A DNA stretch of 64,000 nt from an uncultured Alphaproteobacteria bacterium (GCA_964412505.1 CAYPOM010000005.1:14411-78410), one strand, 5' to 3'; positions 1 to 8,826 are shown, counted from the stretch's first letter. Numbers and translations: made by a program. Notes: generated by a model not told the origin, from the sequence alone.

Positions 1-140
1 CACAAATCAGAGAAACTGTATTTGCTGCCAAAAATATAGATGAATAAGAGACGTTATTCACCTACACATTATATTAGCAATACTAAACTTGCCCTGTTAT
101 TTGTAATGTCGATTTAAAACGAAACTATAACTCATGATAC

Positions 141-168
141 AAAAAACGCCTTCGTATTATGAAGGCGT
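141..168 (-). terminator. Rho-independent terminator downstream of the LRR gene
   Basis: On the minus strand an 8-bp stem (ACGCCTTC / GAAGGCGT, 7-nt loop) is followed directly by TTTTTT. It lies 28 nt after the stop of the 196..3060 ORF. Confidence 0.7.
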
Positions 169-195
169 GATATTAAATAAGCTGGAAATAGTAAA

Positions 196-3060
196 TTATT
201 TATTAGAATTAAGATTTAGATGCCTTACTTTCTTCAGTTCGTCCTGAATTTGTTTTGTTGGATTGTAATCATGTGTAATATTTACTGTTTGCATTTCTCC
301 ATTTTCCCTCACAAACTTTATTGTTGATAATTTTGGACAACCACTAAAGCATTCATCTCCAATTTCTTCTAATGTACCAGGAAGAGTTATACTCTCTAGA
401 GAGACACATTTTTGGAAACTTCCTTCCGCAAGTTTTGTCACACTATTTGGAATAACTATTTCCTTTAGAAAATTGCAGTAATAGAAACACTGTCGTTCTA
501 TTTCTGTAATTTGTCCTGTAATAATTATCTTTTTTAGTGATTTACATTCCCAAAAACACTCACATCCAATTTTTTCCAAGCTACTAGGAAGTATTAGCGA
601 TTCTAATGATTCATACCCACGGAAACAACCATCTCCAAGCTCAGCAATTCTTACGTTATACTCTTTTTCAAACTTAACTAGATCTATGCTCTGAATATTG
701 TGCTTGTAATATCCACCTTTATCATGAATTATTGTCATAATTCCTTTCGGAACTAATTCTTCTCCATTCTTGTTTAAGAATTCAGCGAAGCTATACTTCG
801 CCAACACCACCTTCTTGAATTCAATATTTTTTTCTGGATTTTCTTTTCTTATCTTAAGAGCTTCACTAAAAAAATTGTTATACCAATCAACATATTGAAA
901 TATCCTTCCGCCTTCTAAATATTTGTCATTTTCATTATAAATATGTAACGTCTCCACATTAGGAAAGTATTTTACTGTTTTTTCATTTACAGAAATTGGA
1001 TTGTAATGGAATTTTTCCATATTTAGCCTAAAATGCTTTGAAACATTTAGCAAATTAACATGATCGGCAAGTGTATTGAAATACTTAGATGCGTAAAATA
1101 TGCAAGCATCGCTTAGTCTAGGCCTCCATTCTGTCTGTTTTATTGAATCATTATATTGACAATCTTCTGCAATAGACTCATTTCCAACATTAATTTCCTG
1201 CCAAGCGCTTGTTATGTCTTCAAACGCGCTATTGTTTCCAGATATATTATTCAAGCTTTCTGTAGGACAATCTATTGCTTGTTTGTCGTTTTCCTCTTTA
1301 TGTAATTTATCTATTTCACACTTAATTTTATATGCTTTCCTCTCAACATTTTTAACATTAACTTGTTTTATATCTCCATCAGACTTCATTATATTAACAA
1401 ATTGCAATTTTGTACACCCAGAAAAACAACAATTTCTAATCTTAGTAACTCCGTTAGGAAGAGTTATAGATTTTAATGAAGAACATCCCTCAAAACACCA
1501 AAGTCCAATATTAGTAACTTCGTTAGGAAGAGTTATAGATTTTAATGAAGAACATCCACGAAAACACCAAATTCCAATATTAGTAACTCCGGGAGGAAGA
1601 GTTATAGATGTTAATGAAAAACATTCACTAAAACAGCTGTCTCCAAGTTCTTTTAAAGTACTAGGGATATTTATAGATGTTAATGAATGACAATCGCTAA
1701 AACAGGAGGTTCCAATCTTAGTAACTCCGTTATGAATAGTTATAGATTTTAATGAATAACATCCATGAAAACACCAATCTCCAAGTCCTTTTAAAGTACT
1801 AGGGATATTTATAGATGTTAATGAATGACATCCACCAAAACAGCCGTACCCAATCTTAGTAACTTCTGTAGGAAGAGTTATAGATGTTAATGAAAAACAT
1901 TCACTAAAACAGCTGTCTCCAATCTCAGTAATCTTTACGCCAGACTCTTTTACAAACTTAACTAGATCTATACTCTTAATCTTCTCTTTTATATATCCAG
2001 CATTCACATCTGCTAATGTGATAATTTCTTTTTTAACTAACTCATTACCTTCTGTTTTTAATAAATGTTTGAAACCATCTTCATCAAAAGCAACCTTTTT
2101 AAATTCAATATTTTTGTTATTAGATCTTTTACTAAATTCCACAGGGTTATACCAATCAACATACAGTTGTATTCTTTCGCCTTCTAAATATTCATCATCT
2201 TTACTATAGACAGGCAATGTCTCTATATTTGTAAAAAATTCTACTGTTTTCGTATTTACAGAAACAGGATTGTAATGGGATTTTTCCATATTTCCCCTAA
2301 AACGCTTTGAAACGAACGTTAAATTGATATGATCATCAAGTGTATTGAAATACTTAGGTGCGTAAAATATGCAAGCATCGCTTAGTCTAGGTCTCAATCC
2401 AATCTGTTTTATTAACTCTATAGTTTCGTCATCTACAATCTTTTTTCCAGAGATCTTATTCAAGTTTTCTATAGCATGTTTTATTACCATGGCACAATTT
2501 TTATCTTGAATATTTTCTTTATATGTATGAACGACCTCCCTTAATAAGTCACCGTATCTATATACTCCTTTAGTTTTTACGTATACGGTTCCATCATTAA
2601 AAGAATATTGAATTCCAGATAGCGAAACATTCTCAAATATCTGATTGTCATTTATAATACCTAGAAGATAGGATGAGCTCGATATTAGCTTATTGATGTT
2701 GCCAGAAAGTGGCGGATCGCATAGGATGTGATTACTTTTGCCTGTTTTCCCCGCTTCTGAATTAAATAAAAATGCAGAAGCTTCTAAATGAAACAAATAT
2801 GACATCGAATCATCCAATAGCCAATATTCTTTAATTTTGCGTTCATTTGAAATGTTAATTAGACTTAAAGGAATGTACATATACTCAGAATATATACCTT
2901 TATATATAGATTTACTATCAGGTAGTACATCATAATGTACATTTTCATGAGGGGACCAAATCATCTGAATATTTGCCATCGCAAGCTCATACTTCATTCC
3001 TTCTGCGCTATAAAACATCCCCAGAGCGACTATACTAGTCGCCAATAACCTATTCTTCAT
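196..3060 (-). CDS. Secreted BspA/TpLRR-type leucine-rich repeat protein with two tandem (non-LRR domain + LRR block) modules
   Basis: 954-aa ORF with a hydrophobic signal-like N-terminus. It has two blocks of ~23-aa Cys-containing LRRs (IGDSCFSECFSLTSITLP, IGYGCFGGCHSLTSINIP, LGDGCFRGYESLESLILP). Each block is preceded by a duplicated ~110-aa module (RPRLSDACIFYA.KYFNTL.DH.NL..VSK.FR.NMEK.HYNP). Confidence 0.85.
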   Translation of the reverse strand: MKNRLLATSIVALGMFYSAEGMKYELAMANIQMIWSPHENVHYDVLPDSKSIYKGIYSEYMYIPLSLINISNERKIKEYWLLDDSMSYLFHLEASAFLFNSEAGKTGKSNHILCDPPLSGNINKLISSSSYLLGIINDNQIFENVSLSGIQYSFNDGTVYVKTKGVYRYGDLLREVVHTYKENIQDKNCAMVIKHAIENLNKISGKKIVDDETIELIKQIGLRPRLSDACIFYAPKYFNTLDDHINLTFVSKRFRGNMEKSHYNPVSVNTKTVEFFTNIETLPVYSKDDEYLEGERIQLYVDWYNPVEFSKRSNNKNIEFKKVAFDEDGFKHLLKTEGNELVKKEIITLADVNAGYIKEKIKSIDLVKFVKESGVKITEIGDSCFSECFSLTSITLPTEVTKIGYGCFGGCHSLTSINIPSTLKGLGDWCFHGCYSLKSITIHNGVTKIGTSCFSDCHSLTSINIPSTLKELGDSCFSECFSLTSITLPPGVTNIGIWCFRGCSSLKSITLPNEVTNIGLWCFEGCSSLKSITLPNGVTKIRNCCFSGCTKLQFVNIMKSDGDIKQVNVKNVERKAYKIKCEIDKLHKEENDKQAIDCPTESLNNISGNNSAFEDITSAWQEINVGNESIAEDCQYNDSIKQTEWRPRLSDACIFYASKYFNTLADHVNLLNVSKHFRLNMEKFHYNPISVNEKTVKYFPNVETLHIYNENDKYLEGGRIFQYVDWYNNFFSEALKIRKENPEKNIEFKKVVLAKYSFAEFLNKNGEELVPKGIMTIIHDKGGYYKHNIQSIDLVKFEKEYNVRIAELGDGCFRGYESLESLILPSSLEKIGCECFWECKSLKKIIITGQITEIERQCFYYCNFLKEIVIPNSVTKLAEGSFQKCVSLESITLPGTLEEIGDECFSGCPKLSTIKFVRENGEMQTVNITHDYNPTKQIQDELKKVRHLNLNSNK
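1417..1932. repeat. Intragenic tandem array of about seven 69-bp units (23-aa LRR units) with a 276-bp higher-order repeat
   Basis: The AGAGTTATAGATGTTAATGAAAAACATTCACTAAAACAGCTGTCTCCAA stretch occurs identically starting near 1601 and 1877, which is 4 x 69 bp apart. TTTTAAAGTACTAGGGATATTTATAGATGTTAATGAATGACA occurs twice, near 1650 and 1788. Boundaries are approximate. Confidence 0.8.
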
Positions 3061-3179
3061 TTTTTGCCAATCGCTTAACTCTAGGTAAATTGTATATTAA
3101 CTTATACGATGAAGCAATAGAAAATAATAGAAAAAGTATATAGAAAATTTAAAAATAAAATATTAAAACAAATTGTGAC
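2452..3179. repeat. Left arm of a ~0.7-kb inverted duplication (5-prime third of the LRR gene plus its upstream region)
   Basis: Its reverse complement matches 5475..6140. The encoded N-terminal ~203 aa are roughly 78% identical by eye, and the upstream TCACAATTTG.TTTAATA segment is also shared. Boundaries are approximate. Confidence 0.75.
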
Positions 3180-3361
3180 AAAATAAATAAAGTTCTGTTT
3201 TTTTATATACTTATATTGTAGATATGTATTTTTATATATATTCTACAATAAATATATTCACATATTTCATATGTTACAAAATATCACAATGATAATCACT
3301 GCCTCAATATCCTTAACCTTATACATCTTTACTTGAGAAACAAGCTATTTTTAAGTATAAT

Positions 3362-4666
3362 TTGAAAGCAGATTGGGAGTACTTTGTATTGGATAGATTG
3401 TTTTTTATTTTTGCTTTTGCATTTTGTTTTTTTAACACAGAATTAGCTTGCAAAAAATGTGATTCAAATGTCTGGATTGAAGCGAAAATTGACGACGAAG
3501 CCATCACAAATCTAGATGTAGAAAGAACTTTAGACACCTTGTTGTTTTTTTCGCAAATAAACATCACACCAGAGGATAAAGAGTTTTTAAAGCGGGCGAT
3601 CCTATCGTCTATGATCCAAGAGTACATTAAATACATATACGCTAAAAGACAATTAAGTCAGTATAATAATGAATTCGTTTCCAATAAAGATGTAAATGAT
3701 GAATTTGTAGCGCTGGCGGCTTCATATGGAATGACGGCAAAAGAGCTTATTGACATTTTAAAATCAAAAGGAATCGACGTTAGTTCAATAATGTCACAAA
3801 TTCGTAGACAACTAACGTGGACAGCATACAATAACGCAAAATATGGAAATTTAGTTGCTCCATCTGAAAGTGAAGCTATAAATTATAGAAAAAAGTTATC
3901 TAAAGAATATGGAAAACGAGCATACAGAGTGGAAAGATTATTCTTTCCAAAAATATCGTTTTCCGGCAGTTCTGAAAAAACAAAAAAATTTGCAAGTAAG
4001 ATCGATACCCTTTTAAAAGCTGGAATACCTTTCCATTCCGTATCTAACTTATTTTCTGGACTCACTGTATCCAATTCTTCATGTGACGGAGATTTCATAT
4101 CGGTTGGTCAATTGCCAATCAAACAAGAAAATGAAGCATTAAAAACAATGCAACAAGGTAGCTCTAAAATAATCGAGTCTGAGTTAGGCGTTTCAATTAT
4201 TCGAGTTAGTGCTATTAGAAAAGCATCAAGCGAAGTCCAGAAAACTGTCAGTTGGCGAAATGTCATTGTTCCAGTAGATGTGAATAATACCTCTGAATTA
4301 GAAAGACAGTTTGTTAAGTTATCTGAAGCGGTAAAGAATATCAAAAAAGCAAAAGATTTCATTTCATACGCGAGAAAGTTAAAGTATTCTATTTCAGAAA
4401 AAAACGAGAGTATAGAATCAGATCTGCCTAACGAACTAAAGGATATTATTAAGAATATAAAACCTGACGGAGTTTCATCGCCGATAGTAGTACCTGAAGG
4501 GATTTTAATAATATGTGTTTTAGAAAAAGGACAGTTTCAACTAAGCATTCCAAGTATAGATGAGTGTAAAATCAAAATTGCAAATGACAAAATTGATGTA
4601 TGTTCAGAAAAAGAATATAAAGATGCAAAGAAATCTGTATTTGTAGAACTAACAAAACATAAGTAA
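3362..4666 (+). CDS. SurA-like periplasmic chaperone with a parvulin (PpiC-type) peptidyl-prolyl isomerase domain
   Basis: There is a hydrophobic N-terminus and a SurA-N-like segment (IEAKIDDEAITNLDVER). A parvulin-like core follows (VERLFFPK...KIDTLLKAGIPFHSVSNLFSG...DGDFISVGQLP...GVSIIRV). The TTG start is uncertain. Confidence 0.6.
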   Translation: MKADWEYFVLDRLFFIFAFAFCFFNTELACKKCDSNVWIEAKIDDEAITNLDVERTLDTLLFFSQINITPEDKEFLKRAILSSMIQEYIKYIYAKRQLSQYNNEFVSNKDVNDEFVALAASYGMTAKELIDILKSKGIDVSSIMSQIRRQLTWTAYNNAKYGNLVAPSESEAINYRKKLSKEYGKRAYRVERLFFPKISFSGSSEKTKKFASKIDTLLKAGIPFHSVSNLFSGLTVSNSSCDGDFISVGQLPIKQENEALKTMQQGSSKIIESELGVSIIRVSAIRKASSEVQKTVSWRNVIVPVDVNNTSELERQFVKLSEAVKNIKKAKDFISYARKLKYSISEKNESIESDLPNELKDIIKNIKPDGVSSPIVVPEGILIICVLEKGQFQLSIPSIDECKIKIANDKIDVCSEKEYKDAKKSVFVELTKHK

Positions 4667-4680
4667 ATTTGGCAAGATAG

Positions 4681-5385
4681 ATGGAAATTGCAGATTATGG
4701 TATAATTGTTTCCTCAGAATCGTCATGTGAAAATGGTTATGTTCTGGTTTTATTTTCTCAAAATTATGGCAAAATATCTGGTTATTTCAAAAGAACAGAC
4801 TACACTATCCCACAAATAGGAGATCTTTGCTATTTTCGAATACAAAAACGGCTTAGCTCTCAACTTGGACAAATTCATATTGAATTGATTAAATCGACCA
4901 ATCATGCGTTTAGATCAGCGAATAAAACAAGATTGCTTACAATAAAATCGATTTGCGAAATAATCAACATGTATATTTACTGTGAAGATAAGTACGAAGA
5001 CCTTTATTTAGAGACAGTAAACTGCATAGAGAACATATGCGACTTAAAAAGATATGCGTTATGGGAATTAATTGTATTGCAAAACTTAGGATACGGTCTT
5101 GATCTTGCTAAATGTTGCATAACTAGCCAAACAGATGGGCTTACATATATTTCTCCAAAAACAGGGAAAGCTGTAGTTCAAAAAATAGGAGAGAGATATA
5201 AAGATAAGCTATTTATAATTCCTCATTTTTGGTTAAACGAATCTAACACAGTTATAAAAGATATTATAGAGTCCTTAAAAATAACAGGATATTTTTTAGG
5301 TAAATTAAACGAACATATAGGTTTTAATAAGCCTCTTATTTTTAGATCAATGCTATTGGATTGTGTCGAAAGATCGCAAATGTAA
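4681..5385 (+). CDS. recO: DNA repair protein RecO
   Basis: 234 aa with an OB-fold-like N-terminus. It has a RecO-type C-terminal pattern (LQNLGYGLDLAKCCITSQTDGLTYISPKTGKAV). Confidence 0.7.
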   Translation: MEIADYGIIVSSESSCENGYVLVLFSQNYGKISGYFKRTDYTIPQIGDLCYFRIQKRLSSQLGQIHIELIKSTNHAFRSANKTRLLTIKSICEIINMYIYCEDKYEDLYLETVNCIENICDLKRYALWELIVLQNLGYGLDLAKCCITSQTDGLTYISPKTGKAVVQKIGERYKDKLFIIPHFWLNESNTVIKDIIESLKITGYFLGKLNEHIGFNKPLIFRSMLLDCVERSQM

Positions 5386-5474
5386 CATAAATAGTCGTAA
5401 TAAACCATGATTTAGCTTATCTTAGAAACAGAACTTTGCAGTAATAATACTAATTATGATTAAAATCTAGCTTA

Positions 5475-6140
5475 TCACAATTTGCTTTAATAATGTTATT
5501 TTATTTACTTTTTCTATATTTATGGGATCAAAATGACAAAGAGTAAGTTGTTAGTAACTGGTGTAGTTGTTTTTAGAATGTTTTATAGTGCCGAATGTAT
5601 GAAGTATGGTCTTGCAGGTGCGAATGTTCAGATGATTCGGTCCCATCATAAAAATGTACATTATGATGTACTACCTGATAGTAAATCTATATGTAAAGGT
5701 ATATATTCTGAGTATATGTACATTCCTTTAAGTCTAATTAACATTTCAAATGAACGCAAAATTCAAGAATATTGGCTATTGGATGATTCTGTGTCATATT
5801 TATTTCATTTAGAAGCTTCAGCATTTTTACTTAATTCAGAAGTAGAAAAAGCCTACAAAAGAAATCATATCCTATGCGATCTGCCACTTTCTGGCAATGT
5901 TAATAAGCTAATATCAAGGTCGGCCTATCTTCTAGGAATTATAAATGATAGCCAGGCATTTTGGAATGTTTCGATATCTGGGCTTCAATATGCTTTTAGT
6001 GATGGAACTGTATACGTAAAAACCAAAGGAGTATATAGATATGGCGACTTATTAAGAGAGCTCGTTCATACATATAAAGAAAATATTCAAGATGTAAATT
6101 ATAGAAAAGTAATGTATCATGCTATAGAAAACTTGAATAA
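5475..6140. repeat. Right arm of the inverted duplication (paralogue of the LRR gene 5-prime end plus upstream region)
   Basis: See the left arm at 2452..3179. It is in inverted orientation and flanks the surA-like and recO genes. Confidence 0.75.
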
Positions 6141-6254
6141 GGGGGGGAGATTAATTGGCTTGGAAATGGCTGTTTCCGTTGGTATACATCATTAGAATCA
6201 CTAATACTTCCTAATAGTTTGAAAAAAATCAACTTATTTACGAACAAAAGATAG
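5533..6254 (+). pseudogene. Decayed paralogue of the BspA-type LRR gene (N-terminal domain joined out of frame to a single LRR remnant)
   Basis: The 220-aa ORF 5533..6195 matches aa 1-203 of the 954-aa protein. After a G7 tract (6131-6137) the -1 frame reads EINWLGNGCFRWYTSLESLILPNSLKKI, which matches RIAELGDGCFRGYESLESLILPSSLEKI of the long gene. That frame stops at 6252-6254, so about 1.7 kb of internal sequence is missing. Confidence 0.7.
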
Positions 6255-6389
6255 CAAAGGCTAAATTATTCATGGAAATAACAAAATATCTCAACATACT
6301 TAAACTTATACAGACATAAATTTATAATATACTTGCTTTTCAGAAGAAGATGCAACATAATTGTAAATGTATCATGCGAAGAGATTAGA

Positions 6390-7316
6390 TTGATAGACTT
6401 GATAATAGACTGTGACCCAGGCCAAGATGATGCAATAGCAATTTTGTTAGCATTAGCAAATAAAAATTTTAATATCTTAGGAATAACAACAGTAGCTGGA
6501 AATGTAACAGCACAACAGACATTTCTAAATGCAAAAAAAATGTGCATATGCGCAAATAGATCTGAAGTACAAGTTTACAAAGGTGCGGAGAAACCTATAA
6601 AAAAAGAACTAAAAACCGCAGAACATATTCATGGAGAAAATGGCCTTTCTTGTGATATATTAGTTGAGGATGATTCTGAATTGAAACCTGATGCGATTCA
6701 ATTTATTATAGAAACGTTAGAAAAATCAGATAGAAAGGTTACCATAGCAGCTACAGCGGCACTAACAAATTTAGCTTTAGCATTTAATAAAGCCCCACAT
6801 ATAAAAGAAAAAATTGACCAAATTGTTATTATGGGAGGTTCGACAGAAGGAGGAAATATTACAAAATATGCCGAATTTAATTTTTTTACAGATCCACATG
6901 CCGCAGATGTAGTATTTAAAAGTGGTGTTAGAATTGTCATGATTGGACTTAACATTACACATCAAGTCGTGTTTTCAGAGGCAGAAATAACTAAAGTAAA
7001 GCATATTAATAACTTTGTTACAAGCCAAGCTGTAAAAATATTAGAAGATCTGCTAATCACAAACAGAGACGTTTATGGACATAAAGGAGGGATTGTACAT
7101 GATGCGTGTGTAATTGCATATTTATCGGATCCCAATATTTTTTCTTCGAAAGAAGCATATGTTTGTATAGAAACAAAAAACCAAGAAAATATTGGCCAAT
7201 CTTATGTGGATTATTCTTCAAATATCACCAACTCTTTAGTATGTATTGGTGTAGATATAGAAAGAATATTTAGCTTGTTCTTAAAATTATTTTCGAATTA
7301 CAACGCTAACAATTAA
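6390..7316 (+). CDS. Inosine-uridine preferring nucleoside hydrolase family protein
   Basis: The N-terminal IIDCDPGQDDAIAILLAL motif is the classic DxDxxxDD nucleoside hydrolase signature, and the length is typical. The ORF opens at 6333 (TTG), and the TTG at 6390 places the motif at the usual distance from the start. The start is uncertain. Confidence 0.8.
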   Translation: MIDLIIDCDPGQDDAIAILLALANKNFNILGITTVAGNVTAQQTFLNAKKMCICANRSEVQVYKGAEKPIKKELKTAEHIHGENGLSCDILVEDDSELKPDAIQFIIETLEKSDRKVTIAATAALTNLALAFNKAPHIKEKIDQIVIMGGSTEGGNITKYAEFNFFTDPHAADVVFKSGVRIVMIGLNITHQVVFSEAEITKVKHINNFVTSQAVKILEDLLITNRDVYGHKGGIVHDACVIAYLSDPNIFSSKEAYVCIETKNQENIGQSYVDYSSNITNSLVCIGVDIERIFSLFLKLFSNYNANN

Positions 7317-7408
7317 TATCATAATATAAAACAAAAACTTTAAACTTTTCATGAAACTAATACTTAACTTAATAGTTATAAAATTTAGTTCTAATTCGGA
7401 GAAAAGTT

Positions 7409-7975
7409 TTGAATAATAGAAATCGTGGTGGTGTAATGATCGAGTCTGTCGTAGTAATCCCACTAGTGTTTTTGCTAATTTTAGGATTATTCGAAGTCAA
7501 TAGAATTCGATCTACACAAAGAATTTTAGACTCACTCTCAATCAATGTAGCTACAGAAATAGCGGCATATCCTATCGACAAGGATAGAATAAATAGCATA
7601 ATCAAAAGACATCTAAACTCATCACACATGAATATAATAATAGGTTTTCAATCTACAGATGACCTAAAATACTATATCGACTTCTACACAAATAATTATA
7701 TTGATAATTATTCTACTCCTAAATATGAAAACGACAGACCGAATGGCGATATTCAAAAAGATGATGGCAAAGATGTTTTAGATAATGAAGAGAACAATTC
7801 GAACAGCGAAAAAAATGACAACACGAATGAATACAATATAGAAAGAGGAAACGATATCGTCGTTACATTCTGCTATAAATTTAAATTCCTGTGTGCATTA
7901 ACCTGTGCAGCATTCACAGGATCGACAAATAAACCATTATATTTATATAGTAGAAGCAGGACAAAACGATTGTAG
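7409..7975 (+). CDS. TadE-like (Flp pilus pseudopilin-like) protein with an Asn/Asp-rich C-terminal region
   Basis: The N-terminus GGVMIESVVVIPLVFLLILGLFEVNRI fits the TadE-like G..a.E.a...P.......g..e pattern. It has a TTG start, and no other tad genes were seen. Confidence 0.45.
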   Translation: MNNRNRGGVMIESVVVIPLVFLLILGLFEVNRIRSTQRILDSLSINVATEIAAYPIDKDRINSIIKRHLNSSHMNIIIGFQSTDDLKYYIDFYTNNYIDNYSTPKYENDRPNGDIQKDDGKDVLDNEENNSNSEKNDNTNEYNIERGNDIVVTFCYKFKFLCALTCAAFTGSTNKPLYLYSRSRTKRL

Positions 7976-7987
7976 AATAACTACTAT

Positions 7988-8470
7988 TTACTGTTTTTCA
8001 TACTCATCGAGTCTTTTCTTTAAATCAGCAAGCGCATCTCGGATCTCACATGACAATTTCGAATTTTCTCTCAGCAGCCTTGTATTTTCGCGTATCAATC
8101 TATTATTCTCCGAAATCAAATCATTATTTTGTTTCGAAACATTCACATTATTCTCTACATTTTTTTTGAGCTTATTGGTCGTATTTCGAACAGGTTTATT
8201 CTTTGCGTTATTTATTGAACTATACTGTTTCACTTCATATAACCTATCTTCAGCTAAGTATGTTTTACAAGTTTTAGGAGCGCTATCAGATACACGTTTA
8301 CCACTAAAAGAATTACTTACACTATTCTTTGCATTTCTATGTTTTGAATCGCTTTTCTTAGAATCTATAGACCGATAAGAATCATTATCTAAATCATAAA
8401 AAAATACTTTTCCATGACAACTAAAAAGTATACATACAACTACCAAACAAGAAAAATATTTTTTTTTCAT
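7988..8470 (-). CDS. Putative lipoprotein with a C-terminal coiled coil
   Basis: It has a signal peptide with a lipobox-like LFSC (MKKKYFSCLVVVCILFSCHG) and heptad-like ENNRLIRENTRLLRENSKL. Its start overlaps the upstream gene's stop by 1 nt (TAATG). Confidence 0.5.
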   Translation of the reverse strand: MKKKYFSCLVVVCILFSCHGKVFFYDLDNDSYRSIDSKKSDSKHRNAKNSVSNSFSGKRVSDSAPKTCKTYLAEDRLYEVKQYSSINNAKNKPVRNTTNKLKKNVENNVNVSKQNNDLISENNRLIRENTRLLRENSKLSCEIRDALADLKKRLDEYEKQ

Positions 8471-8826
8471 TAAGAATCTCCATGATCAAGTATTTTCTTT
8501 GGTAAAGAACGCTTTACCTTATTCATATTGAGACGATTTTCAATTTTCTGTATTTTTTTGTATATATCAGACGATAAACAATCTACTCCGGCCTTCCAAA
8601 AATCTGATTTTATTTTAGAGACAAGCATGAAATCATTCGGAAAAAATATATAATGTTTAACAATTGACTTTACATATCGAGTCTTTGCCTCTATATCTAA
8701 ATTCATTTTACTAGCAGCCCATTTCCCTAAAATTTTATTACGCATCACTATTGTCACAAAACGATCCTGTAACTTGCCAGCGATACGCTTTTCAAACAAA
8801 AATCTAGACGGAGAGAACATTGCCAT
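8470..8826 (-). CDS. DUF1476 family protein (alphaproteobacterial F1-ATPase inhibitor zeta subunit-like)
   Basis: 118 aa. The pattern RF.....RNK.LG.WAA.K..L........Y.K..V.......D..L..KI..D....GV.....I..K matches the DUF1476/zeta family as I remember it. Confidence 0.55.
   Translation of the reverse strand: MAMFSPSRFLFEKRIAGKLQDRFVTIVMRNKILGKWAASKMNLDIEAKTRYVKSIVKHYIFFPNDFMLVSKIKSDFWKAGVDCLSSDIYKKIQKIENRLNMNKVKRSLPKKILDHGDS

Noticed and set aside
1214-1690. 158-aa plus-strand ORF (and 2018..2209) inside the LRR gene
   Set aside because: It is antisense to a strongly supported 954-aa CDS. It is repetitive only because it mirrors the 69-bp LRR units, so it is a shadow ORF.
1417-1932. Regular 69-bp repeats that could be mistaken for a CRISPR array
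   Set aside because: The units are contiguous with no unique spacers. They lie in frame in a long CDS and encode LRR units.
3319-3636. 105-aa minus-strand ORF overlapping the start of the surA-like gene
   Set aside because: It has no recognisable features and overlaps a CDS with chaperone/parvulin motifs.
7905-8378. 157-aa plus-strand ORF overlapping 7988..8470
   Set aside because: It has the Leu/Phe/Ser-rich low-complexity translation typical of antisense frames in AT-rich DNA. The minus-strand ORF has a lipoprotein signal and is start/stop-coupled to its upstream gene.
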